Notes under the pieces: model-generated
Databases searched by the model: none
What the model saw: the letters and a program-made list of their open reading frames with translations, nothing else
What the model was told of the DNA's origin: nothing
From: Eukaryota sp. TZLM1-RC
Taxonomy: Eukaryota; Protista; Metamonada: BaSk clade
Assembly (NCBI GenBank): GCA_040285825.1
Contig: JAUPSS010000004.1
Span: 1,178,001 to 1,242,000, forward strand
DNA length: 64,000 bases
Reading direction: 5' to 3'
Made by a program: the position numbers and the translations under genes
Shown here: positions 12,961 to 25,947 of the stretch, in pieces
Position numbering within the stretch: the first letter of the stretch is position 1
Layout of the letters: each line of letters starts with the position of its first letter

Positions 12961-13129
12961 ACCGTTGTACCTCCTCGAAGCAGAGACTTGTGGAACGATA
13001 GGGAAAGACCCTTAAGTCCTCCTGTGAGAAAGAGAAGAGCTGGTCGTCCATCTGTGAAGAGAAGGAACGGATATATGGAGAGACAATAGCAGCTGTTTCT
13101 CCTGTGAGAAAGGTCAAAAATCTACTTCT

Positions 13130-15135
13130 ACTTTTAACTCACAAATTGACAAAATAGAAATAACTGAAAAAATGAAACCATTGCCATTAAAAGGTCCAAA
13201 AAAATGTTTGATTTGTGGTATCAGTGGTCATACTTCGAGAACATGCCCTGAAAAACAAAAAAGAGAAATTGAATTAAAATCTGCTCAACAAATTCTCGGA
13301 TGTTCTGTTCCAGTTGATGCCGACTTAAATTGTGCTGAAAATAATGATTCTGACGATCTTCATTTAAATGCTTCTAGTGCTCACTCCTCTTCCCCTTCTG
13401 AAAACAATAATTTTTGTTGTCCATTTTGCAAAAAAGATGTTACAGATTCAAGAAATGGTCAAAAACTTTTGTTTTGTACCAATTGTAAAGCTGTTGATGC
13501 CGTTAGACCTCCGATCCAGATCCCAGTAGAAATTAGCCCCGCCAGTACAATTCTGTTCTCAATGGAAATACGAAGTTTTACTTCTAGATTAAGAAATAAT
13601 AAGTGGAATATTTCATCCTTCTGGAAATATTTTGCTAGAAAAGACAAAAAATGTTTCAAAATAATTTGAGAACGAGAAAAATTGTAAAATCAAAAATTTT
13701 TCGAAAATTGTGCTTACGTGGTCGTTATGGTACTGCAAAGCAGTCCTTGTTTTCCTCTTCTTTGGCTGATGCAAATTCTGATACCCTTGAAAAACTTCAA
13801 AAGTTGCATCCTCAAGAAAATTTCAAGTGCAGCAAGCCTGATGTATGTCCTTTTTGGATTGAAAATCCTATTACCTCAATTGAAGTTCTTAAAGCTATTC
13901 AAAAATTACCAAAGGGAAAAGCAGCAGGCCCATCTGGAATTTCTTTTGATCTGTTAAAAATAGCGTGTTGTAGTGCTCCCGAAATTGCTGATGATCTAGC
14001 CCATTATTTTCAACAATTAATTGTTTTAAAAATTAATCCTGCTTCTGAATTACTTGCTACACGTCTGATTGCTTTAGTAAAGCCTGGTAATGGAATTAAA
14101 CCTGATGGAATACGCCCAATTGCTGTTGGTGAATCTCTATCTCGTTTCTTAGCATCGATTGTCTTCGATCGTGTCAAAGACAAAGCTTCTGAATTTTTGA
14201 ATCCTCATCAATTTGGAATCAAAACAATTGATGGTGCTTCTGTTGCTGCTATTGCCTCTGATACTTTTGTTAATGCAGAGGAAAATAACTTTATTTTCTC
14301 CCTTCTTTATGGAAGCAAATTTCAAAGACAGGAAGATGGCTCCAGTGATGGATTCTACAAACTCCTCACAAGGACACGAAGCCTTACCTCGAATCAATGG
14401 ACTTTTATCCATTCGAGCAGCTCCCTTCCTTATGGAGCCAAACACGAGAAAAGTCGACCAAATACAAGGTTACGAGTAGAAACTCCACCTCCACTGTTAT
14501 TGTACTACAATGCAAAGATATTGCTATTTTGTCGATCTTGTAAAGCAAAAGATACCCTAAGACCACCAGTGAAAATTCCTGTTGAAGTCAGACCTGCTTC
14601 TTCAATCCCATTGTCTATCGAACTTCGTTCATTTACAAGTAAGTTGAAGAAAAATGAATGGGATGTAAGCAGTTTTTGGAAATTTTTTGCAAAAAAGAAA
14701 TCGTTTGTGAACAAAAATGCTGTTTATAAACAAAATCCAATACCAAAAGTTACAATTAAGAAAATTGTGTCTTCGAGGTAGATATGGTGCTGGAGTGCAG
14801 TCTTTTTTTTCCTCTGATATTGCTAAACCAACCCTTGAAACAGTCGAAAAATTGAAAGAACTCCATCCTGAGGAAAATTTCATTTGTCCAAAACCCAATA
14901 TTTGTCAATTTTGGTCTACTAATCCAATAAATGCCTCAAAAGTTCTTGCTGCAATTAAAAAATTACCAAAAGGTAAAGCTGCTGGACCATCGGGAATTTC
15001 GTTTGATATTTTAAAAACCGCTTGTAATAAAACACCCGAAATTGCAGATGATTTAGCATTCTATTTCCAACAATTGGTCTCTTTAAAAGCCGTTCCTCCA
15101 CATGAGCTTACTGCTGCAGGTCTCATTGCTTTATT
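13130..15135 (+). mobile_element. Two tandem 5'/RT fragments of distinct CRE subfamilies, separated by a non-CRE insert (about 14310-14507)
   Basis: CLICGISGHTSRTC knuckle, C4 finger, RPP.KIP.E..P motif twice, GKAAGPSG twice, RPIAVGE. Confidence 0.88.
14411..14507 (+). repeat. 97-bp dispersed repeat, second copy at 24928-25024
   Basis: Direct comparison shows 2 mismatches; both copies end at …TTATTGTACTA. Confidence 0.9.
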
Positions 15136-15416
15136 CTATAACTGCCGCTGTTGCTGAATTCAATTATTTAGAATTAAATTTGCCTCCTAAATGGGAGTGT
15201 ACTGCAGAAGACAATGTTGCAATAGTTTTAGATTTAGATTGTTATGGTGGAGTACAACAAACAGATCATTGTGAGAAAGCCAGACATGATTATTTAGCTA
15301 AACGCTGGTTCTTCCTCTTTGGGGAAGTCCATGGCAAAACACTTGAAGATGTCGTATACGAAAGTTACGACCAGAGTCCTAATCTTTTAAAGAAATTGGA
15401 TGATCTAACTGATTCG

Positions 15417-18400
15417 GCAACTTAATGCTCGTGCAGCTACTGCTGATTTAAATTTTTCATTATCACATAATCCTGAAAAGGAATTTTTAGTTGAGATTCC
15501 CGATAACATATCTCACAAAGGTGATCAAAAAGACGACAAAAGATGTGTTTTTTGTCATAAACCTGTTGCTGTTAATGATTCTGGTCGCCCTTTACTTTTC
15601 TGTGATTCTTGTGTTGCTGCTGATCAGCTACGTTGTCCCATTAGAGTTCCTGCTCAGCTGAGTCCGTAGGCTTCAATACCTTTTGTTGTTGTTCTTCGTG
15701 CCTTTACTGAAAATCTGCGTAAAGGATTATGGGATGTCACACCGATTTGGAAATTTATTCTCAAAAAAAGATGAGAAAACTTTTATCAAAAAATCAAATT
15801 TTGAAAAGAATGATTTTTCAAAGGAAAAGTTGGTAAGAAAACTGGCTTCAAAAGGACGTTGTAATTCTGCAAAGCAATGTTTATTTTCTTCTGATTAAGC
15901 TGATTGCAATGAAAATACATTGTTTAATTAAATAATGTTCATCCAGAAAAATTTTCATTGCCCCAAACCAGATTCAGTTGATTATTGGCTGCAAAATCCT
16001 GTCAATGCTTCAGAGGTCTCAAAAACATTCAACATATGCCAGCTGAAAAAGCTCCAGGACCATCTTTGTTAAATTTTGATATGATCAAGTCAGCTGTTGG
16101 ATGTCCCCAAATTGTTGATGATATTGTCCTTTTTTTGAAGTCTTTAAAAGTAAAACCTGGAAATGGTAAGAAGCCAGATGGAATTCGTCCAATTGCCATT
16201 GGTGAAGCAATTACTCATCTCTTTGCATCAATTGTTCTCAATTGTGTTGCTTCAAATGCTGCAAGCTTTCAGTGCCTTCCCAAGTTGAAATAGAAACAAT
16301 TGATGATGCTTGTGTTGCTGTCCTTGCCTCTGACACTTTTTCAATTCAGGAAATAATAATTATATTTTCAATCTTGACTTAAAAAATGCTTTTAATTCCG
16401 TGAAACGAAAAGCAATATTTGGTGTAATTAAAACTGATTTTCCTGAGCTCTCAAGTTTTCTCTACCAATTTTATGGTGAAGAATCAGATTTAATATTTAA
16501 TTCTTTTGCTTTAAAAACGTCTTCTGGTGTAAAACAAGGTGATCCTTTTGGGTCCATTATTGTGTTGTTTAGCAGTTCACAAAACTTTTATTTTGCATCA
16601 ATTGTAAAGCTGTTGATGCTGTTCGTCCACCAATTCGGTTTCGAAACTTGGAGAACAGTACACTTCAAGACATTACAGAAAGAAGTTTGTATTCTTTGAA
16701 ATTTGTGATGAAAAAATCCAGAGTCATCCTTTGAAAAAAGATGAAAGCAAGGATTTTACTGTTCGATTTAGCATGGCTTATTAAGAAAATTCTGCTTTTG
16801 CACATTTTTTTGATTGATTTGAAGGAGAGTTCATCTGCAGTTTTGTTGAATCAAATTCCCCAAATTTATGGCCTATTTTTGAATGACGACCAATGGACTA
16901 CTGCAATGAGCCGATCAGGTGTCTATATTAAATTCTGCTTAACACTACGCTGAACTCCATGGTAAATAGTTGGATTTACAAGAGATAAAAATTTTGGAAA
17001 AAAGAAGAAAGACAAAGAGTAAATGAATTAATTTTAATTAAGGCAAAAAAACAAACCCTCGAATTAATTCATTAACAAAATTGTTGTAAGTATTAAACCT
17101 ACAAAGACCTAAAAACATGTAGACTATACAGACACACGTAATCAGATCTTTCTTGACCATAATCAACGTCAAACAGTTTAAAACTGAATGATTGATGATT
17201 ACTCAGTCATTCATGTATTTGTTAATAGAAACTCTAAATAAAGAGAATTACTCCCAATATTTGGTAGAGACTCTATATTAAAATTAAATACAAGTCTGTT
17301 GAGCTTCAATTTCCAGAGACAAACTTTAATTCTAGATTAAATTGAAAGCGATATAATAAATTATTCCAAACGTGAATGAAAATGAAAAAAACGTGTAAAA
17401 ATGGAGAATAAACACGTGTCATAAATTCAATCACAAATAAAGGCGAATAGAAGAACAAATTATACAAAAACATTCAGCAAAAAGTGTGGTTAACAGTGGG
17501 AAATTACAGAAATGGAATGCCAAAAACGAAAGAAACAAGGAAAACTTCAATTAAAATAATAATCACATAAAAAGGAAAGTTTTCTTCACCAATGGTTCCA
17601 CAAATAGAACCAAGACTATTAATAATGAACACTAACCATTCAGGTTGATGAGAGTACACATCTTAAATAATTATAGTAGTCTTGGTTAATTCAAAGTGAC
17701 CACTAGTAGCAGTTGAATCATGAAGAACAGTTTCTAAATCAATAGCAGACTGGTTAGTAGTAATTGACAACCAACAACAACTGCATCATCAAAATCAACA
17801 ATGGATTTAACAACCGTAATAAGAGGTTGACCATTAGCACATCCACTAATAACTTTACCATCAGAATCAACTGGACCTAAAGTTTTGACATGGGTGTATG
17901 GGTTCGAGTCCCACAGGTTCCAAAAAATTCCGATCGATCGGATGGGTGTGTGGTTGGTTTGATTGATAAAGAAGATTAATTGAAGAGAGAAGGCAATGGC
18001 TACTGATGCAGAGAGGGGAGAAGGAGGAGAGAGTAGAACGTTGAAATCGGCGGTTAACGTAATGTACTCCACGCATTACCATCACCTAATTTAATTGATA
18101 CAGGAGAATTGAGTTTGAAATTGGAAGGGAAGGAAGTGTGCTTTATAAGAGAGAAAAGGTGAGAAGAAGCCACCAAGGAGAAGACAGATCACCAAGAGGG
18201 AAGGAACCAGTGAGACATTGGGGTAAGAAACTTGAATTCTGGTAGAGAATGGAGAAAGTCGTCTCGGAAGGACATGAAACCACGTAAAAGGCCACTTTCT
18301 AGGAGGATGTTTTGTGGTCCGCAAAGGTAAAAGTCCAATGATAAATACTATCAACATCTAACCTTGTGTATATATCATCAATACAACTATACTGGTGCTG

Positions 18401-19232
18401 GAAAACTGTTTTTGAAGATAGAAACGATAGTAACACAGTAATAGATTCTAGAGAAAATGAAATAATCTTGGGTGGAATGATTCTTTCACAATGTTGCTTC
18501 GCATCTCCCTATATTCAAACATACAGCTAGCATATATCCGTTACGGCATCCTAATTCAAGAATTCTAATGGGAATTCTCAAGTACCACTGTCTGGATTTC
18601 TTTGGGAAAGTCGAATTCAATAACCAATATCTGGAAATTTGGAATAATGGAATCCAATGAAATGGTAGTAATATATACTAAAAGATTACAATTGAGTTCA
18701 AATTGTGACAGTCAATCATCTTGTTTATTATCACTGCTACCTTTTTCACAAAATTTCTCGTTCTTAGATGACTGTTTCAAATAACTAACAAAACTGAAAT
18801 TGATTCAAGGAGAAAAACTAGCGATATGTCCTTTGTGTGATTGTGGAGACCTAGGCTTAGATCACTCGTTTCAATGTAGAAAGTTCTCGAGAATGGTTAC
18901 ACAAGGACACGATGAAGTAAATAATTTTACTAATGTATTAATTAATTTCGAATATGAGAAGGAATTTAAATTTGGTTTAAATAAGCAGTTATGTGTTGAT
19001 GGCTTTCAAACATCAGCAACATCACTTTCGATGTAGGAAAGCGCCATAGAAAGCTACCAAATTTTTTATTGTTTTCTTGAACCAATTTCTGGAAATCTTT
19101 CAACAAAATTCCAGCTTTCACAGAGTCTTTCGTTTTCAGAATACGGAACAGTAGGAAAAACAACGTCTGTTGAAACTGTAGGCTTAAATCGAATAAATCA
19201 ACTTTAGCTCATGTACTTTATGTCATGAATTT
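15417..19232 (+). repeat. Segmental duplication copy 1 (copy 2 = 30061-33536): CRE patchwork + membrane-protein fragment + tRNA 3' piece
   Basis: Colinear high identity from gcaacttaatgctcgtg to tgtcatgaattt; copy 1 carries an extra block of about 320 bp at about 18411-18731. Confidence 0.95.
17898..17922 (+). other. tRNA 3' fragment (T arm + acceptor 3' strand); second copy 32534-32558
   Basis: TGGG-TTCGAGT-CCCA followed by C-AGGTTCC-A; no D arm or anticodon arm upstream. Confidence 0.6.
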
Positions 19233-19543
19233 GGGCATGGAACTCCCACTTCAAAGCCAATGGAACAATACACCTTCTGCTAACCTATAGGATTGAGGGG
19301 GAATCACATTGTGATTTTGTAAGTCATAGTTGGTTCGTTTATTTGTTTAGTACAACTAAAATTTTACCAGCAATAAGGTGTGGAAGCTTGTTTTGAAGAT
19401 AATAATTTTGAGATTGTAGTTTTAAAAATAAATTAAAAAGAATTAAAAAAGATTTATCAACTTCAGATAGAAGTACAAGCTGTAAATGTAAAATTAATTG
19501 TTTTAACCAAGACTTGGAAAAATTGAACGGTCAATTAAATTAT

Positions 19544-21609
19544 GGAAAACGATAGATAGGTGAAATTTTTTTCCAACTAGGTGAAAAATATTACCCTCAA
19601 TTGGTATACACTTAAAAGTTCCAAGAAATAGTGAAATCATGAACGAAGATTCTTACGAGGTCCCTTGGCCTCATGAAGGACTATTTTTGGTATTCTCTAC
19701 GTTGGAAGAAGGACAGAGAAGATAAAATGAACATGCTGCGACTTATGGGTTCTCCATTGCTCGTCGTGGAGGATCTGAAAGAGCTGGTTACGCTTACTTC
19801 AAATTTCATGCCTCTGCTAAGCCAGAATCAACGTCCACGAAAAGAAAAAGACAATGAGTGAGTACACACTGTCCATTCAGTGTGTACTGTCGTTGTCAAG
19901 GACAATCATGGATAGCTTTTGAAAGGTAGTTGGTACATAACTATCCTCCTGTGGAAGAAATCTCTTTCTCACCCAATCATCGTTGCCTATCCCCGGAACA
20001 GACAAGAATCCGTCAAAATCTGAACCTACATGATCCTAACAAGAAATTGGTGACCACTTTGCAAAACAATCTCCTATCAAAATAACTTGGACAAGTCCTT
20101 TTTATTAACGTCGTGAGTCAAATGGAAGTTAAAAAAAGCATTCGAGGATGTAAGAGTGCGGTTGACCATCTGATTGACAAATACGGTTCTGATTATAACA
20201 TTGTGCCAAAGTACGACAAAGAAAAAAAAGTAACAGGTTTATTGGTGGCGAATAAGGAATCAATCATGATGTTTAGTAGGTTCGCTACAGTGATTCAAGC
20301 GGACTCAATCTACAAAACTAATGTATATCAAATGCCAATGTCGCATCTAGTTGGTTTTACTAATGTGAAAACAACTTATACGATTGCTGTTGTATTTATG
20401 TCTTCCGAACTTAAAGTCGAATACAGTTGGGCCTTACAAGAATTTAAGAAATTAATTGCAAAAAACCAGAGGTGTGAATGACAGATAGAGAACTAGCTTT
20501 GATAAAAGCAATCAATACAGAATATCCAATAAATGGCCATGTCCATTGTATGTTTCATATCTTGCAGAACATTAACACAAAGAAAAATGCTTCCAACACA
20601 CTCTGGTGTCAGTTTATGAACGAAGCAGCATGTTGTCAATTCTCCCACAGAGGATATGTTGGAATCAAACCTACAGTACATCAACAACATGTATGAAGGA
20701 GATGATGAGATGAATGATACACTAAAGTATTGTGTGGAGCAGTGACTATTACAAAAGAAGTTCTTTATAAGGTGTTATATTGATTCGTTTGCCCACTTCA
20801 ACACTTTCACCACCAGTAGAGCAGAACATGCTCATTCTGCCATAAAAGCTGGTGATAAGCTTCACAAAAGGAATTCAGAAAGCATATTTGAAAACATTGA
20901 CATCACATTGAAGAAGCAAATCTCAGACTACAATCGCAAGGTCTCTCAAGGTCTGGTATGTATTGCTCCTGTTTTAAGAAAAGAATCGACGTTCGCACTG
21001 TTGAAAGTACTAATGAGAATCAAAAGTAACACTGATTCCTTCTGTTCAGGAACAAAACAACTAACTACAGGTACTCATTGTAAACATTTTTTTGACCAAC
21101 TATTACTGAGGCAAGGGCAAGTTAGGGTAGAAGATTTTTATCCTCATTAGTGATTGATCAATTTGGAAGAACTTGAGACTCTGGTTCACAATGAAGCAAA
21201 TCAAAATCCAGTCCAAATGTTGTATGAAAGTTACAATTTAACGTCTGACAATTAAAAACGGTCTAGAATAGAAAGAGAAGCGATCAGAGCTTTGGGGAGG
21301 GTTGAAGTACCCTCTCAGGAAATCAGTATCGTTGCTGTGAGAGGAAGGCCTGTAAGAAGAGACAGAGCAGAACCGTCTCTGGAACAACGGAGACGCAACA
21401 GGTGCTCAGTTTGTGTATCACCAGGAATAGACGGTTTTGTGCACAATGTAGCCAAACATTGTAAACATTTCAAAGACGAATGTTCATGTTAGAAAAGAAA
21501 CAGATTCACCTACAAAGGTTAGTATTGTATTCACCTAGTTAACAAAAGTAAAAGCATTCAATTAATTTTCACCTATTTAGATAAATGTTTCACCTATTTA
21601 ACCCGTCCC
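19544..21609 (+). mobile_element. Mutator-like element (MULE) with decayed FAR1/MULE transposase
   Basis: 9-bp TSD TTAAATTAT (19535-19543 and 21610-21618); imperfect TIRs GG….ATAGGTGAAA; MULE motifs DSIYKTN.YQMP, TDRELAL..AI, HCMFHI, TTSRAE..HS. Confidence 0.93.
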
Positions 21610-22330
21610 TTAAATTATGGCAATTGCTTAATTGGCTTAACTGATTGCAATTTTGTTTGCATCAGTGTGTTGGTTGATTGCTTTGATGTTGTGATTATTG
21701 GAATAAAATCTATTTATCAAAAGAAGTTCAGTATACATGGATATATTCTACTAGACAGATGTTAACATAGTCACAGTTTTTTTTCTACCTCTGCCCTTCG
21801 GTAACACTTCTCTTTGGAAGCCCTTCTTTAGTTTTCTGAGACCTTCTACGAACCAATCCACCAAAGGCACGCATTGTGTCTGCAAATGTTCCACAGTGGT
21901 GGTTAAAGCGAACGCTTGAACTAACCTCGTCAACCATCTCAAGTCCAGACCATCCAATGTTCAACGAGTACACCGACTTGATGAAGGATCAAGTCCTGAC
22001 TCTTGATACCTTTTTTGTTGAAGACAGATTTAATGAGTATTTCAAATGGCTACAATGGGTCATTAACGGACTGATTCTCTATATCACCAAGAACTCTGTT
22101 TTTGGACCTGTTTTTTGACGAAGAATGTTTGGTTATGATAAAGTAGATTTGTCGGAGATTGAAAAATACCTAAATGTTGAAGATGATCTATTGGTAACTT
22201 CGAAAATGTATTAACAATAAAAAATTTAATAAAGTAATTTAGATTATAATGTAGCTTCCTCTCGAATAGGGCCCTCAATTGGACGAGGAGTTGCTCTAGA
22301 ATTGAGTCAGGTGCTCTCATGGGGAGAATA

Positions 22331-23400
22331 CAGTATTTGTCTAATACTATTTTTATTCCAACAGTGAATAAAATGTGTTAAATTTTTGTTGTTAAGCATT
22401 CATCATCATTTTTGAAAAATATTTCTCAAAGATAAACCTGTGTAATTCACTTGTGGTCAATAATAAGTGAATTTTAATTCTCACCTCACAAATTTTTCAC
22501 ATCTTCTTTTTACTGTCCTTTATTCACTTCTATGGGGGCCACTATCGACTTACTGTTGTCTGGTAATGATCTTAGGCACCTCAAAGTACACGCTAGCGAA
22601 GACACAAAGATTCGTGCGGTGTACACCTTAGTCTTCTTTGAGAAATCACAACAAGACGTTGTTGAATATTACTGCGTTGCACAATCTACGGTATCGACTT
22701 GGTTACGCCAAGTATTTCCTAGTTCTGAATCTACTACCAATCCTACATCACGCAATCCCTTCCAAACTCCTTCATCTCGTCACAAAATAAACGAAACAGA
22801 GTCCTCATTTATCCTCCAACTTGTGAAAGAACAACCTCTCCTTTTTTGACGCGAAATACGTAAGCTAGTATTTACAAAATTTCACAAGAAAGTTAGTGTA
22901 ACAACTGTGCACAGATTACTAATCAAAAACAATTGTACTCACAAAAAATGTGCTAATTTGATGAGACAAACCAAACCAAAAACTGATTCATAACTTTGAA
23001 TTAAGTTTTCGAAGACTTTGTGGTGTTGTAATTCAACAACAATTGTTATTTATTGACGAAGTTTCGTTTAAATCAGAACACTTTGTAAGGAAAACTTGTT
23101 GGAGCTCTAAGGAAGTTCCAATTAATACTGAAAGACCGAACTTCAAGGAAGAGCAGGTGAGTCTCATGGTGACAATTGATGTCAATGGGCTAGTGATGTT
23201 TCATATAAAACAGAGTCATTTTGATCGCACAGGATATGTAAGTTTTTACAAGATTTACTGCATCATAAATTATTATCAATTGAAGGAGGAGCTAGATCAA
23301 TAGTGGTTGTTGATGGTTGCAATATTCATAAAAATGCATACATTTTCAGGGCTGTAAAATTGGCTGGCTTAAAATATTTGATTTTACCACCGTATCCTTC
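22331..23400 (+). mobile_element. IS630/Tc1-mariner transposase pseudogene with left end, 3'-truncated
   Basis: TA|CAGT start; HTH (VAQSTVSTW), winged HTH (VSVTTVHRLL), FIDEVSF (D1), VVDGCNIH (D2), LPPYP; breaks before the catalytic E. Confidence 0.85.
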
Positions 23401-24429
23401 TGATTCATACTTGCATGGTATAAAGGCAAACTTTTTCAAAAATAATTTGGATTGAATAAAGTTTTGATTAAAAATGTATTAAAAATAAAACAGTTTTAAT
23501 TGATTATGTATTGAAAATAAAAAAAGAACTTTTACAGAGAAAGCAGGAGAATTTCCACCAAAATTTAAAGAAAACCAATTCTCTAGACATGCAGCAGTTG
23601 TAGGCTACTTCGAGAGTGGTGTCAGGATGTACAACTTTTTATTCTTCTTAACTTCCGCTGCGAAATGTTCAGTGAAGAGAGAAGAGAGTAATTCAGGGGT
23701 GACTTTTTCAACGTCTTGGTATAGAAAACCAATGGTAGTATTTTACTTACACAACACATTGCTCATTTGGCTTGATAATTGTACTTTGCATATTGCATTG
23801 TGTTTATCTATTATTGCTATCACAGTGAGAACCTTTCGAAAAGTCCAGAACAAGAAGAAACAATGAACGTAACGAGCCACAACCATAGAGCCTGTTCGAT
23901 GAGACTTTCTGGAATTAAAATTATGTTTCAAATGCTTTTTCAACTAAGTTTGTATTTATCCTTAATTGAGTAATTTTTGTGTGTTTGCTGAAGACCTAAT
24001 CAAAAATTTTAAGACAACATTATTACTTTCACCTGCCAATTTTTAATATTGTTGTGTGAGCACATGCTGTCTCAATTAGTGGTAAATCTGTTGAAAAAAA
24101 AGGTGCAGTGTTCAAATGCTGTTGGCTGCTGATATTATGGACTATTCGTTCTTCTCTATTCCAATTTTCTCGTTTCATTATAGGTAGAAAGCATTAATTG
24201 AGTTTTTTAATTGAGTTTTTAAATGTGTATATTTTGCAACAATTGATATTGGGCTACGGAAATTACAATTCGTCTATCAGAAAAAACATTGATTTATTCA
24301 ATTAAAGGTATCTCACGAATACGTACCTAAATCTACAGCAGGTTTAAATGAAATTATCTTTATCACAAGTCCCTTTGCACACCATATTCCAACATACTGC
24401 TGGCAGAGAAGCGTTCCGGTAATTTCCGG

Positions 24430-24840
24430 GAAGTTCATCCCTTCCACTCATCCACTCCCACCCTCCAAGCTATGCTCGAAATTTTTCCAAAGAAAATTGG
24501 AATTTAAAAAAATAATCGATGTGCCTGAAAAAACAAAACACTCACCAAAAATGCTCCTCGTTGCCCATCGTGTAACGAACTTGGTTGTAGAAAGAATATA
24601 AAAAAGTGTGAAAATTACAAAGATCAATCAAATTCCAAAAATGTAATCACCACCGCTGCTGAATCGAATTTACTCCCCCCCCCCAAAGATGAGTGTACTG
24701 CAGAAGACAATGTCGCAATAGTGTCAGATAGTTGCAGTGAAGCATTTCAAACAGATCATTGAGCTATTTGTAATGAAAAAGCTGAAAAATATATTTCAAA
24801 AAATAATTTATATGTATGCCATGTTTGCTCCTCGCTTGGG
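24430..24840 (+). mobile_element. Degenerate 5' fragment of CRE subfamily B
   Basis: Homologous to about 26100-26512 (ccctccaagctatgctcgaaat; gagtgtactgcagaagacaatg). Confidence 0.8.
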
Positions 24841-25049
24841 ACGTCAAGTTGAGAAAAAGGAGGACGTTGAAAGTGAGAAAAAAAATATTATTATTGTGAT
24901 GAAAATACTATAGTAATAACTAAAATGATTCGAGCAACTCCCTTCCTTATGGAGCCAAACATGAGAAAAGTCGACCAAATACAAGGTTACGAGTAGAAAC
25001 TCCACCTCCACTGTTATTGTACTATTTATTTTTATTTATTTATTTGAAC

Positions 25050-25947
25050 TATTTAAATTCAATTAAAAAGAGCTAGAAATCATAAAGACCCTTGAATTGG
25101 AAAAACATCTTGAGTTTTTTCTTTTGAGAATTTGTTATGCTGGAAAAATTACTCATTTACTGAGATCATTACCTCCATCCCTAACTTACAATTTTTGTAG
25201 ACAATTTAACAAAATACGTACAGAATTTTTGGCTTATTTAATGTCTGTTGATCCATCAATTTTGAAAAATCATATTTTTTCTGATGTTCAACTTGGCGGT
25301 GTTGGATTCAATTCATCAAAATATTTGACCAAAGCTGCATTTAATGGTGGTGGAAAAAATTTTGTATTTGAATTCTCTAGAAGATATCCTTTTGCCGAAA
25401 ATCTTCTTGAAACTACAAGTAGCCTATTCCTCGATAACTTAAGAGAAGAAATATCCAGTTTATCTCCCGACTTATGGCAATCATGTTTCCCCATATCCAT
25501 TCAAGAAATTCCAGACAGAAGATTGTATTCATTAAAATTTGTGTTGAAAAAGCTCCAACGACATCTCTTGAAAAAATTTGAAAGCAAGGATTTTATTGTT
25601 CGACTTAGCACGGCTAAGAAAGAAAATCCTGCTTTTGCAAATTTTTTGATTGATTTGAAGGAAAGTTCATCTGCAGTTTTGATAAATCAAATTCCCCAGA
25701 TTTATGGCCTACTTTTGAATGACGACCAATGGACCACTGCTATCAGAATGCGTTGTTATTTTCGATTCATATGAAAATATTGGGCTTTATCTTAATGCGA
25801 GCAAATGCCTTCTGATTGGCTCTTCTGCTCAGGATCTTGTGATAAATGATTCTTTTGTTCCTTTTATTAATTATAGTAGTGATGCTCTTAAGTTCCTTGG
25901 TTGTTTGTTAGGAAACGTGCCTCAAATTCAGAATGAATTGCAAGTTA
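25050..25947 (+). mobile_element. CRE thumb/linker fragments
   Basis: RICYAGKITHLLR, GGVGF, QWTTAIRMRC, then a jump back to GLYLNASKC (inverted homolog at about 27878-28060). Confidence 0.85.
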
